DNA of 63,787 nt, the filler included, from Chrysochromulina tobinii (Eukaryota), in assembly GCA_001275005.1 (NCBI GenBank). It is 8 parts of 8 records of this genome, joined end to end, with 100 filler letters (N's around TTAATTAATTAA, not from the genome) between each part and the next. Parts side by side here need not be neighbours in the genome. Positions count along the whole stretch, not along the records: positions 1 to 17,022 come from JWZX01000480.1; 7 more parts are not named here. One strand, 5' to 3'. The position numbers and the translations under genes are program-made. Below are positions 1-10,432 of this stretch, in pieces. Under the pieces are notes generated by a model, which saw nothing but the letters and a program-made list of their open reading frames with translations, searched no databases and was not told the origin of the DNA. Every line of letters begins with the position of its first letter. Position 1 is the stretch's first letter.

Positions 1-340
1 TCGTAGAAGCTACCTTCGCCCCAGCCCAGCCGCCCTTCATGGTTACCGAGCTCCTCGGCGAGAAGACAAATCTGAAACAGAAGTAACCGTCTGGTTCCAT
101 GATGGACACCGTCCTGTAATCTGGCCCTTTCACGTTGGGTTCACAGCCGTGTAACTTTGGGCGTCACACGGCATTAAGCACGAAGGCCGTATCTCTAATC
201 TCTGCTAGGAAACTCTGTTGATGGACTGATGGCGCCACTGCGATGCAGACTAAACGTCGACGCCGTAACTGAGGCAAAATCTTCTTACGATCTTACCCAG
301 GGGCGACCGTTCACCTTTCCCCCTCGTGTCGCAGCTAATT

Positions 341-1702
341 CTATAAGTTGTCGTCATCCATACTCGCAGGCGCAACTGGCGCCAACGGCAATGTGGGCGG
401 CGGCGAGGCGGCACCTGCCGCAGCCGCGGCCGACGGATCGCTCGGCGCTGTGGTGGGCGCTGTGGTGTACCCGTTGCTCGGCGTCAACAGGCCCACTGAC
501 TGAAGGTAGCACATGGTCATGTATGCGGGGTCGCCGAGGCTGTGGGGTCTGAGCCACGCGCCGCTGACAAGCTGGCGCACGTCTGGGCGCCCGTCCTTGC
601 CCACGGCCGAGTCCTTGCGCAGGCAGCCCGCCACAAACTCGATCAGCCCGGCAGGCGCACCCACAGGAGCGCGCGGCGAGGGTTGCTCACAGATCGCCGC
701 TTGGAGCGAGAGGAACTGCTTGATGCCCTCGAACGGGTGGTGGCCCGTGAGAGCTTCGAGGGTGATCACGCCAACGGCCCACACGTCCGACGGGTACGAG
801 TACGTGTCGCCTCTGAAACGCTCAGGCGCCATGTACATCGTGGTCCCCACTTGCGTCATCGCAACTGATCTCGTCTCCTCGAGCTGCTTCGAGATCCCAA
901 AGTCCGAGATCTTGCACAGGCCGCTCGCGGTGAGCATGATGTTGGCAGGCTTCAGGTCGCGATGGACCTGGCGCATCTCCCGGTGCAGATACTGCAGTCC
1001 TCGCAGGTACTGCAGCGTGATCGGGCCGAGCGCAGCCTCGGGCACGCCGCCGAGCGGCCGCGCCGTCTTGATCACGCCCTCTAGAGAGCCACCTGCGCAG
1101 TACTCCATCGCGATGCAGATTCTACCGTCCACAAAGAAGGCGTCGATGAAGTTGACGAGGTACTGCTGGCGCGCGTGCTTGTGCGCGATCCGCAGCTCGT
1201 TGACTGCCATCCGCCGGTGGTCGTCCGAGAGCATGGCGCTGAGCTCCTTGCAGGCCACGTGCTCGCCGGTCGGACGGTGCCTTTTCAGCCACACCCGGCT
1301 CGTCGCGCCGCGGCCGAGCTCGCGGACGCTGTCGAGGTCGCTGTAAATCAGTGTTGACACCTGTTGCCCGCTCCCGTCGCGCATCCCGTCCTGCTTCAAC
1401 CGCACGTCCTCGCTCTTGAAGGCCAGCGAACCCGTGAACAGGTTCTCCGTCACCTCGAACGACTCCTGCCGTTTGAGCGGGCCGCGGCCGCGTTTGCCAC
1501 CAGGACCGCCGTCTTCCTCATATGAGTCTCGCAGTTGCATCGCGGCCATCCCACTCAAGCTGTCTGGAGACTCTGCAGGCTCGCCTCGGTTCTTCTTGGC
1601 GTCCTGCGCCGATGCGGGGATGGGATAGTGATCCTCGTCGTCCGCCTCGTCATCTTCCAAGGAAGATACCATGGCGAGGCCGACAGGCTTTCGAAAGGGC
1701 AT
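341..1702 (-). CDS. MAP kinase kinase (STE7/MEK family)
   Basis: LGRGATSRV, ACKE, HRDLKPAN, DFG and GTTMYMAPE motifs; activation loop T-x5-T (TRSVAMT) as in plant/algal MAP2Ks; intact ATG-to-stop ORF. Confidence 0.88.
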   Translation of the reverse strand: MPFRKPVGLAMVSSLEDDEADDEDHYPIPASAQDAKKNRGEPAESPDSLSGMAAMQLRDSYEEDGGPGGKRGRGPLKRQESFEVTENLFTGSLAFKSEDVRLKQDGMRDGSGQQVSTLIYSDLDSVRELGRGATSRVWLKRHRPTGEHVACKELSAMLSDDHRRMAVNELRIAHKHARQQYLVNFIDAFFVDGRICIAMEYCAGGSLEGVIKTARPLGGVPEAALGPITLQYLRGLQYLHREMRQVHRDLKPANIMLTASGLCKISDFGISKQLEETRSVAMTQVGTTMYMAPERFRGDTYSYPSDVWAVGVITLEALTGHHPFEGIKQFLSLQAAICEQPSPRAPVGAPAGLIEFVAGCLRKDSAVGKDGRPDVRQLVSGAWLRPHSLGDPAYMTMCYLQSVGLLTPSNGYTTAPTTAPSDPSAAAAAGAASPPPTLPLAPVAPASMDDDNL

Positions 1703-1878
1703 GTTTTCGAGTGGCCTCGATCACCTTTCTCCACGACCGTGAACGTTAATTTGCCACGAACTCGTCACGAGATCCGAAAGCACCACTTGTCATCGAGTTT
1801 GCTGCTGCCGCGTGATTGCGTGATTGCCCCAGTTCCACAACGAAGCTCGCCGAACGCACGCCCGAACTCGCGCTCCAC

Positions 1879-3315
1879 ATGGCGGAGGGCGCCCCGTCCC
1901 CGAAAAGCGGATCGCAAAGCGCGCGCGCCTCCCTCCTAGGGCTCATCGAGCTCAAGCACGAGCGCATTGCGCGCTCGCGTAAGCAAACGGGCTCGGCCCA
2001 CGGGCTTCAAACCGGCAGCCTCCGCGAGCAGCGGAGGCAGCTCTCGACGGCAGACTTTGAGGTGCTCGGCGTGCTCGGGCGCGGCGCCTTTGCGGAAGTG
2101 ACTCTTGTTCGCAAGCGCGACACGCGCGCCATCTACGCGATGAAGCGCATGCGCAAGGCGGACCTCGTGGCACGCGGCTTCGTCGAGCGCGCGTGGACAG
2201 AGTGGATGGTGCAGTGCGAGGCGGAGAACAACCCATGGCTCGTCAAGCTGCACTTTTGCTTCCAGACCGAGGACGATGTATACCTGGTCATGGACTACGT
2301 GCCGGGCGGCGATCTGATGGGGCTGCTCATCCGGGTCGAGGTGCTGCCCGAGCCGGAGGCTCGCTTCTACATTGCGGAGGCGGTGGTTGCGATAGCGTCG
2401 CTGCACTCTCTCGGGTATGCGCATCGCGACCTGAAGCCGGACAACCTACTGCTCGACGGCAAGGGCCACCTCAAGCTCGCCGACCTCGGCCTCGCCAAGA
2501 TCGTCGAGTCGCGCCTGCGCAGCGGCAGCGAGTGTGGCAGCATCTCCACCGACGGGAGCGGCTGCGCGAGCACGACTGCAGCGGCGGTGGCGGCGGCGGC
2601 GGCACTGGCCGTCGCCCCGCCGCCGCCGCCGCCGGGCGGCGCGTTTAGCAGCAGCAGCAGCGAGGCCGTCTCGCCGTCTGCCATCGGGGAGCTCGCCGAT
2701 AGCGTGAGCGAGCTCACCGTGTGCACGGCTCCGCGATCCGGTGCGCCGCCGAGCCCGCGCACGCGCTCATCGCAGATGTGGTCTCGTGTGGGGACGCCCG
2801 ACTACATGGCGCCAGAGGTGCTCCTCCAGACTGGCTACGGCCTGGAATGCGACTGGTGGTCGCTGGGCGTGATCCTGTACGAGATGATCGTGGGGTACAC
2901 GCCCTTCTACTCGAAGACTCCCGAGGAGACGGCCGAGAAGATCGTGCAATTCCGCACGTCGCTCGAGTTCCCCGAGGAGCGCGAAATCTCCGCCGAGGCG
3001 CGCAGCCTCATCACCCAGCTGCTGTGCGGCCGCGACGAGCGCCTCGACTTCGCGCGCATCAAAGCGCACAAATTCTTCGCCGGAGTCGACTGGGGCAGCC
3101 TGCGCACCGGGGCGGCGCCTCACTTGCCCAACATCTGCAGCGAGACGGACACGCAAAACTTTGAAGAATTTGAGCCCGCGACGGAGCCGACAGAGCCCCG
3201 CGGTGGCCGACCGCCAATAACGGTTTCGCGCAGCGGCTCCGGCCGCGACCTCTTCTTTGCGGGCTTTGCGTATCGCGCTCCATCGGCGGGCTCCACAGGC
3301 AGCACTCGAGAATGA
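1879..3315 (+). CDS. AGC-group Ser/Thr kinase, NDR/LATS-like
   Basis: [26 protein letters not shown] (for DFG), long insert before [18 protein letters not shown]-terminal [14 protein letters not shown]; first ATG at 1879. Confidence 0.88.
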   Translation: MAEGAPSPKSGSQSARASLLGLIELKHERIARSRKQTGSAHGLQTGSLREQRRQLSTADFEVLGVLGRGAFAEVTLVRKRDTRAIYAMKRMRKADLVARGFVERAWTEWMVQCEAENNPWLVKLHFCFQTEDDVYLVMDYVPGGDLMGLLIRVEVLPEPEARFYIAEAVVAIASLHSLGYAHRDLKPDNLLLDGKGHLKLADLGLAKIVESRLRSGSECGSISTDGSGCASTTAAAVAAAAALAVAPPPPPPGGAFSSSSSEAVSPSAIGELADSVSELTVCTAPRSGAPPSPRTRSSQMWSRVGTPDYMAPEVLLQTGYGLECDWWSLGVILYEMIVGYTPFYSKTPEETAEKIVQFRTSLEFPEEREISAEARSLITQLLCGRDERLDFARIKAHKFFAGVDWGSLRTGAAPHLPNICSETDTQNFEEFEPATEPTEPRGGRPPITVSRSGSGRDLFFAGFAYRAPSAGSTGSTRE

Positions 3316-3470
3316 TTAAGGACGAGTGGAAGACGAGCTGCATGACGAGAAGCTCACAAGGACCAGCGCCCATCCACCATGATCACCTGCTGGCCCATGC
3401 ATGCAAAACATGGCCCCCATGCCGAGCACGATGCTGCACGCGCGTTCGCTGTACGATTTCGTGCGTCCGT

Positions 3471-3528
3471 TGCCCTGAGGCATGCCCTGAGGCATGCCCT
3501 GAGGCATGCCCTGAGGCATGCCCTGAGG
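3471..3528. repeat. 12-bp tandem repeat (TGCCCTGAGGCA) x ~4.8
   Basis: Directly visible; the unit has inverted ends TGCC/GGCA. Confidence 0.9.
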
Positions 3529-4016
3529 GCGTCCTGTACACCGCCCCGCCCGGGCCCGCCACCGCGGGCGTAGAGAATAGTATACCGTCCGGGTCTTCGC
3601 GTTCGCGCCGGGATCCGCCTTCGTTCGGTCTGGCTTTGGACCGACGACCGTCAGTTGTTGTGATCGCCGTACCGGCAGAAACGCCCGTATTCATTTTCTT
3701 CTGATAAAAATTGGCCGCCCGGCCGCCCGGGGTAGATACGCGGGGAGCGTCGAGCGGACGCGTCGCGTCTCCCGTCCCCCAGACGCCCAAGCCCCAACCG
3801 CGCGCGCGAACAAAGCGCGCGAATCGGGAACGCCAAGAATTTGACCTCGCACCGCGCACAATGGCAGGCGGCACACGTGTCCTCATGTGGGGGCTTCTTC
3901 CGTTGCAATCTGCTCGATTCGCCTCGACAGTTGAAGGGTCCCTGCAGCGCACATGCGCACAGAAAGCCACGCATCTGAGCCGGCGCCGCCTAGGCGCCGC
4001 CGCTTTCAGGCGCCGT

Positions 4017-5585
4017 TTAGAACAAGACCTTCGCATTGGCTGGCGGCGCCACCTTGTACTTGGCCTGCCACGGAGGGATGGTGACGAGCTCTTCCGCCGA
4101 AGTGGGATGCAGAGCGACGACCGAGTCGAAGTCGGCCTTGGTCGCGCCCATCTTCATGGCCACGCCGAAGCCCTGCAGGATCTCATCAACGGCCATCCCA
4201 ATCATATGCAGCCCAATCACCCTCTGCTCCTTGCCCACGCACACGAGCTTGGCGCGTGTCTTTGGCTGCGTTTGGCCGTCGACGAGGAACTCGCGCGAGT
4301 ACATCATATTCACCCAGGTGCTCCGATGCACGGTGACCGCGTCCTTGCCGTACTTTTCGACGGCCTGCTCCTCTGTCAGGCCCATCGTCGCAATCGGCGG
4401 GTGCGAGAACACCACCGTCGGGATCTGCTCGTAGTCCATGATCGTCTCTGCCTCGGGAACGCCGCCGAAGAGTCGGTCAGACAGGAGTCGGCCGGCGGCA
4501 ATGGCCACGGGTGTGAGTTGAACGGCGCCCGTGATGATGTCGCCGACGGCGTAGACGTCGGCCGCGGAGGTGCGCTGCGCCGGGTCGACCACCACCTCGT
4601 GCCGCGATGTCGTCTTCACGCCCGCTGACTGCAGGTTGAGCGACTCGGTCACGGGCGTGCGCCCAATGGCAAAGAGGACGCAGTCGTAGCCTTCGAGCGA
4701 CTGGCCGTTGGTGAGCTGGAAGGCCTTCAGGCCGTTGGCGCTGCCCTTGAGGCTGGCGACCTCGCCCTGCACCAGCGTAACCCCACACCCCTTCATCTCG
4801 TCCACCAGCAGGTCCACCACGTCCTTCTCCATGTTGCGAAGCGGCCGGTCGCCACGGATGACCAGGTCGACCTTCGAGCCGAGCAGCTGCAAGATGCCCG
4901 CGAGCTCGACGGCGATGTAGCCCGAGCCGATGACGGCGCAACGCTTGGGGACGGCCTCGAGGTCAAAGAAGCCATTCGAGTCAATCGCGAGCTCGATCCC
5001 AGGGATCTCTGGCATCGTCGGCTTGCCGCCCACGGCAATGAGCACGTGGTCGCCGCTGTACGTCTTGTCGCCCACGCGAACCTCTTTGGGGCCGACGAAG
5101 CAGGCATCACCCGTGATTGAGGTGATCCCTGACTTCTCGAGATTGCCGGCGTAGATGCCGTTGAGCCGCTTCACGTACGCGTCGCGCTTGGCCTTCAACG
5201 ACGCCAGATCGAAGCTGACGTCGCCCACGGTGAAGCCGTAGCCTGCCGCCTGGTGGATCATCTCCTGGATGGTGGCGGCGTTGAACATGACCTTCTTGGG
5301 CACACAGCCCAAGTTGACGCACGTGCCGCCGAGGCGATCACGCTCCACGACCGCCACCTTGGCGCCGTGCGCCGCCGCGCGCCGCGCAGACGCCATGCCG
5401 CCGCTGCCGCCGCCGATCACGAGGTACTCGAAGTGTTCGTCGGCCATGCGCACAGCGCGCGCGCGCTGCCCAGCCGAGAAGGCCCCGGCGCCGGCGGAGA
5501 GGGCGTGATCAGAGAGGGATGAGAAACTTGTGATCAGAGAGGCCGCGCTCGACGTGAGCGCGAGCAGCAGGATGATTAGCACCAT
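4017..5585 (-). CDS. GSR: Glutathione-disulfide reductase, probably plastid-targeted
   Basis: GGGSGG FAD motif, GGTCVNLGCVPKK redox disulfide, GSGYIAVE, HPTSAEE; ATG 5585 gives a hydrophobic signal (MVLIILLLALTSSAA) plus a Ser/Ala-rich transit-like stretch. Confidence 0.93.
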   Translation of the reverse strand: MVLIILLLALTSSAASLITSFSSLSDHALSAGAGAFSAGQRARAVRMADEHFEYLVIGGGSGGMASARRAAAHGAKVAVVERDRLGGTCVNLGCVPKKVMFNAATIQEMIHQAAGYGFTVGDVSFDLASLKAKRDAYVKRLNGIYAGNLEKSGITSITGDACFVGPKEVRVGDKTYSGDHVLIAVGGKPTMPEIPGIELAIDSNGFFDLEAVPKRCAVIGSGYIAVELAGILQLLGSKVDLVIRGDRPLRNMEKDVVDLLVDEMKGCGVTLVQGEVASLKGSANGLKAFQLTNGQSLEGYDCVLFAIGRTPVTESLNLQSAGVKTTSRHEVVVDPAQRTSAADVYAVGDIITGAVQLTPVAIAAGRLLSDRLFGGVPEAETIMDYEQIPTVVFSHPPIATMGLTEEQAVEKYGKDAVTVHRSTWVNMMYSREFLVDGQTQPKTRAKLVCVGKEQRVIGLHMIGMAVDEILQGFGVAMKMGATKADFDSVVALHPTSAEELVTIPPWQAKYKVAPPANAKVLF

Positions 5586-5759
5586 CTTCTCCCGAGCGAC
5601 CGCGCAAGGAGACGACGCAGGGAAGGATCTCGAGGTCGAGATCGGTCGGGTCGGCGTCAGCGTGGCTCTCACGGTGTGAAACTCTCCTGTCCTGCGGAAT
5701 CGTGTGCCCTGTCGCATTGCAAACCGATCACCGTCCGGCCGCCCGTGAGCCCTGCACGA

Positions 5760-7670
5760 ATGCCTCGCAGGGCTACGACACGCCGTCCTGCGACGGCGCA
5801 CGCTCGCGGCTGGAAGGTGCAGCGCTCCGTCTCGGAAAACGTCTCGGAGGTCGACCACCGCCGCGACGCCGAGCTCCACGAGTGGCGGGAGCACTCTTGC
5901 CGGCCAGGCTCAGCGCCCTTGCGCCCGTACGCGCCCTTCCCGTGTACGGCGGCGGCGGCGCCGTCCGACCCGCCCATCAGAGGACCGAAGAAGCCGCCGC
6001 CGCTCTGGATCAGAAGCAACGACAGGTTCTCCACAGTGGACTACGAGGCAGCTTGCGGCGGTGCGGCGAGCAGCAAGGGAAGCGACGAGGAGGTCATGGT
6101 GGCCGCCGCCGCCGGCGACATGCCGCAACGGCCAAACCGAGTTTTCTCTGCCTCTACGGTTCGACCCCCTGCCGCGAGCCCACGGCGCCCGGCCACCGCG
6201 GCCGACAGCGTGCGGCAGCAGCGTCACGCGGCGGGGGCGGCAGCACAGGTAGCGGCGGTAGAAGCAGCGATGGCGGCCGACCCTCGACTGAAGGCGCTCT
6301 TCGACAAGTTGGCGGCGGATCCAAGCCTGGAGGGCACGACGCTCGCCGACGCGACGCGGGTGCTCGCGGAGCAAGCGGGGCACGTAGGGCAAGGCGTTGA
6401 TCGAGCTCGAAAATTGGCTCGCGCTGCTCAGCCTCCCTCGTCCTCGCCACGGTCGCATGGTGGGATGCGACCGCCGACACCTGAGCCTGGCTCCCTCGAC
6501 GAGGCACCGCCCGCCATGCCGGTCGCCCCAGCGCGCCCGAGGCGTGAGCTCGCATTCCGACGCGAGCCAGCCTTGAGCTCGTCCCTCCGCCGCGCTCCGG
6601 CTGAGCCGCTGCTGTGGGCTGTTCAACGGCCCGCGCCGATCAGCCGATCACTACGCGTGTGCGGCGCGGACCCCTACCTGCTCGCGTATCCGGGCGTCGG
6701 CTGGCACGTGCCTGGCCAACCACTGCGCCCGCATAGTGCGCGTGCCGCACGGCAGCCCATCGCGCCCGGCTCGGCGGCGCAGCCATGGACTCGGCGGCCA
6801 CAGACGGCCCGGGTACATAGCTTCACTGTGCACCCGCAACCGGCGAAGCCCGGTGTCACAAATACGCCCCTGGCCGCAGCGGCTCCCCCAAAGGGCGTCT
6901 TTGTGAGTCAACACATCAATGGCGGCGACGGAGACGGAGACGAAGAAGGAGATGGCATCGGTCGCGGTGACGTCCTCGGGACGCGCACAAAGTCGCAACG
7001 GAGCGTGCCTCTCGTTACTGGAGCGCCGCACCCCGCTCTGCCTGTTTCTGAACAGCTTGCGGCAGCGATGGGCGATGTGCAGCTGAGCTCCTCACGGCGA
7101 TCGACGCCGAAAGCAGGCGTGGTACCCCTGAGCGCGGATAACTTTTACTTTGCCGGCAAGCGCGACGGATCCCTCCGGCCGGTCAGCTCCTTTCGTCCGC
7201 GCCCTGTGCTGCGCATACCCGCCCACCTGCCCAGAATGAGGCTCATGCGCGATCTTCTCGTGCAGCAGTACATGGAATGGCAGCAGCAGCAGCAGCAGCA
7301 GCAGCTAGAGCAGACCGAGCCGCTGCCACCCCAGCCTTCGGAACTCGATCTATTGGCCACGTCAGCCATCTTTGAGGCGAATGCGACGGCGATCGCGCGT
7401 CATGCGGCAATCACTACCGCCGCTGGCTGGGAGGCTGGCGACGGCGGATGGGAGGCGCAGCCAGAGAGGCGATGGCTTGAAGAGTCGACGGCGAGCGCAG
7501 TGCTAGAAGGCGTCCCCGCGAGCGCGGCGACCTCAGCGATCCCATGCACCAGCGCGGCTCGCAGTCCCAGGGGCGCCGCGCTCGTGCCGCCCGAGGCCGT
7601 CGGCGCGGCTGCGCACGCAGATCGCATCCGGCAGGCGAGGGCGTGCGCAGCGCTTGGCGCGCTGGCGTAG
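5760..7670 (+). CDS. Hypothetical low-complexity protein (RPxTA/RPxSA motifs, poly-Q)
   Basis: Long ORF divergent from GSR; no recognisable domain; start uncertain. Confidence 0.5.
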   Translation: MPRRATTRRPATAHARGWKVQRSVSENVSEVDHRRDAELHEWREHSCRPGSAPLRPYAPFPCTAAAAPSDPPIRGPKKPPPLWIRSNDRFSTVDYEAACGGAASSKGSDEEVMVAAAAGDMPQRPNRVFSASTVRPPAASPRRPATAADSVRQQRHAAGAAAQVAAVEAAMAADPRLKALFDKLAADPSLEGTTLADATRVLAEQAGHVGQGVDRARKLARAAQPPSSSPRSHGGMRPPTPEPGSLDEAPPAMPVAPARPRRELAFRREPALSSSLRRAPAEPLLWAVQRPAPISRSLRVCGADPYLLAYPGVGWHVPGQPLRPHSARAARQPIAPGSAAQPWTRRPQTARVHSFTVHPQPAKPGVTNTPLAAAAPPKGVFVSQHINGGDGDGDEEGDGIGRGDVLGTRTKSQRSVPLVTGAPHPALPVSEQLAAAMGDVQLSSSRRSTPKAGVVPLSADNFYFAGKRDGSLRPVSSFRPRPVLRIPAHLPRMRLMRDLLVQQYMEWQQQQQQQQLEQTEPLPPQPSELDLLATSAIFEANATAIARHAAITTAAGWEAGDGGWEAQPERRWLEESTASAVLEGVPASAATSAIPCTSAARSPRGAALVPPEAVGAAAHADRIRQARACAALGALA

Positions 7671-8688
7671 CACCTAGCAGCTAGCACGGCGATAACCCGT
7701 TCCGACGAAGCGTGCAAAACTATAAGGCGTGGCCGCTGGCCGCGGACGTCTTGATTCTCTAACGAGCGGTAAAGTAACGGCTAACGCAAAAATGCACATA
7801 CAGCTGTAGTCATACTACATACACCGCGTCAACAACTACGAACTTCGAACATCCGATCAACGAATCTACAATGATCTGTCAGTATTTGTCAGTATAATAA
7901 CGAAATAATCGTGTAAACTCTAAAGAGACTAAACTCTAAACACTTTCGTCGCAAACTACTCACTTCCGTCGCGTGCGTAACTGCCGTGGAGCTCGTGCGT
8001 CGTGCGTCGTGCGAACACACGAGCGTCAAGCCCCTCGCGCCTCGGGAACGCGCGGCGGCGCGTGGCGCGGTGTCTACTGTCTCGTTTCAGAGATTTCACC
8101 GTCCTTAGAAGCAACCGCCTTTGATTCGTCCTTTGTTACGTGGGTCGTCCGGCGCGCGCGTTTCACGCGTAGCGCTAGCGGTATCGGCCCCGTCCCCCGT
8201 ATCTCGATCCGCCGCGCGCCTCGCGCGGGGCCGGGTACTCACTCCAACGTGCCTAGGCCCCGGGCCGCCCGGCCTACTATGTATTCTGTGGCGCCTTAAC
8301 CGCCCAACTCCTCCGCCTAACTCCTCCCCGTGTCACGCGCCGAGCACTTCAGACTATGCGAGCGGTAGGGGGGGGTCATTCCCCCGGTGGGGGACCGTTA
8401 ACCTGCTTACGGAACATTCCTAGAGACCGGTAAGTGAGCTCCGTCGAGATACCGGCGGATCCCTGGGAGATCCGAGAGATACCGGCGGGAGATCCGACGA
8501 GGTATCGTGGAGCTCCGACGAGGTGTAGGAAGATTCTCAGGGTGAGAGACGAGAGTGTTCGTGACCCTGTTCAGTCTAAGCACCAGTCTTCAGCCTCTCG
8601 GGACTCAACGACCTCTATGCCTCCGAGGTCCCCCTCAGGCAGGTACTTACCGGCTGGCCCCCCTCTACCCGAGGAGCCCAGTCGCAGA

Positions 8689-10131
8689 CTATACTACTTC
8701 GATCGCAGCATCATCGAGTCTCTGATGTCGTCTCTCTCTAGATGGACTAGATGGCATTCGCCACTCTCTCTCCTGCTTGGCTTTGAAGATGCCTCGGTCG
8801 GTGATGGAGATTTTCAACTTGGTCGGTTTGTATCCTGAGGAGAGGCCTACCAGGTCCGGCGTGGCCACCATACCCTTCGAACGAAAGGACGGGCTCTTCT
8901 GCCTCGTGTGGTCCTTCGTGCCGTGCGCGCGCCACTCGCGCAGCAAGTCGAGGGTCGCTAGGCGCACATCGTCAGCCTCCAGCTCGGCCCAATGGTCCCA
9001 GTATTTCGGATCGTCCGCCATGTTCACGGGCACCGCACCGTCCGCCGGCCGCCGGACGGAGTCGAAGACGGTGAGCAGGCGGTTGTTGAAGGCCGCCTGA
9101 ATCGCATTGGCAGGCAGGTCGTTGGGCGGGTGGACGTAGGGGTCCTCGAGGGCGTGCGCGACGGCATCGATGGTCACGTAGGCGCTGACCGTCATGAACG
9201 CGAGAAGCGGGGCGACCCACCAGTTGGGTTGGTCGCACTTGCCACCGACGGAGCTGCAATTGGCAAAGTGCGCGAGGTAGAGCGGCGTGGTGAGGGTAAA
9301 CAGTCGGGTCATGACCGAGACGGCCTGCGTGTACGGCCACGGGAAGGGTATGTCCTCGATCTTGCGCGACTGCCGCATGCCGAGGTGGCCGTCCGATAAC
9401 GTCTGCCAGAAGCGCGAGAGCACTGGCGCGTCCGAGCCCAGACCGCCGTCACAGCGCCGCTGTGCGCTGATGTGCATGATCTGCGCAAAGATGTAACCCA
9501 CACGGTCGGGAGTGTTCTCGAGCGACGCGAGCTCGGACTCGGTGATGCCACCGAGCACTTCGAGCTGCTGCCACTTGGGGTCCGCACGGCTCGTCGGCTG
9601 CTCCATGCCGCCAAACGCCCCAGCCCCCATGGGCACATTCGGTTCGCGCCCGTCGCTCGCGACCAGGTTTTTCAGGCAGTCATCGCGGCGCAGGTACTGC
9701 AGCGCGAGCGCGTGCATCAGAGAGAGGCGGCGCAGCAAGAGCGCCTGGAACCGCCGCCGCTTCTCGAGCCACACCGCGCCATCCTCGCCGTACTGACGCT
9801 TGTTGGTGTTGATGAGCTCATCGAACGTGACGCCCTCGGTGAACGCGTCGCCCAGCTTGGACCCCATCTCGTACGATGTGGTGGCGCACTCCCAGTAGCG
9901 ACCGTACGCGATTTTGGTGCGGAAGACGAGCGTGATCGCCGCGATGTATTGAAACAGTAGGAGAGGGTACGGCTGCACCATGAGCCTTGTCATGTACGAG
10001 GCGGGAACAGTCAACTCGAGAATGAGGGTGAGGAGGGCGGCAAACAAGCTCTCGAAGCAACTCTCCTTGACGGCCGAGCCCGCTGAGCGAAACATGAGCA
10101 TCCATGGCGTGCCCGTGCGGAAGATCAGCAT
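8689..10131 (-). CDS. Bestrophin-like anion channel (YneE/VCCN-type)
   Basis: LVFRTKIAYGRYWE, IPFPWPYTQ and LEDPY motifs with four hydrophobic segments; likely start MLIFRTG at 10131. Confidence 0.85.
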   Translation of the reverse strand: MLIFRTGTPWMLMFRSAGSAVKESCFESLFAALLTLILELTVPASYMTRLMVQPYPLLLFQYIAAITLVFRTKIAYGRYWECATTSYEMGSKLGDAFTEGVTFDELINTNKRQYGEDGAVWLEKRRRFQALLLRRLSLMHALALQYLRRDDCLKNLVASDGREPNVPMGAGAFGGMEQPTSRADPKWQQLEVLGGITESELASLENTPDRVGYIFAQIMHISAQRRCDGGLGSDAPVLSRFWQTLSDGHLGMRQSRKIEDIPFPWPYTQAVSVMTRLFTLTTPLYLAHFANCSSVGGKCDQPNWWVAPLLAFMTVSAYVTIDAVAHALEDPYVHPPNDLPANAIQAAFNNRLLTVFDSVRRPADGAVPVNMADDPKYWDHWAELEADDVRLATLDLLREWRAHGTKDHTRQKSPSFRSKGMVATPDLVGLSSGYKPTKLKISITDRGIFKAKQEREWRMPSSPSRERRHQRLDDAAIEVV

Positions 10132-10432
10132 GCGCAGACTGGCCCTATTGATGCATCCACCTTCTTCAAAAGTCTGCGGTCTGCAGTCTGCGGCAAAGAC
10201 GGCTCGGATTCCTAAGATAGTCTGAAGGCAAATCTTTGTGAACAGTTTGTGAACACACGCGGACTCTTTCTTCGTGGCGTCACAACCTCCAACCACGTCA
10301 TGCGACATGTACATGTACCGTGAAACGAACAGTGACCGTCGCACTCTTTGTTTGTGACAGACCCTTTTCACAGCCATGTTTATCACTCTTTCACGCAAAT
10401 TGCTCCTGAGTCCGACGGGCTCTCGCGGAACA

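Noticed and set aside
5586..5894. N-terminal extensions in the ORF track from non-ATG or far-upstream starts (GSR, bestrophin, calpain, WD40 and others)
   Set aside because: They overlap divergent genes or look non-coding; downstream ATGs give sensible N-termini.
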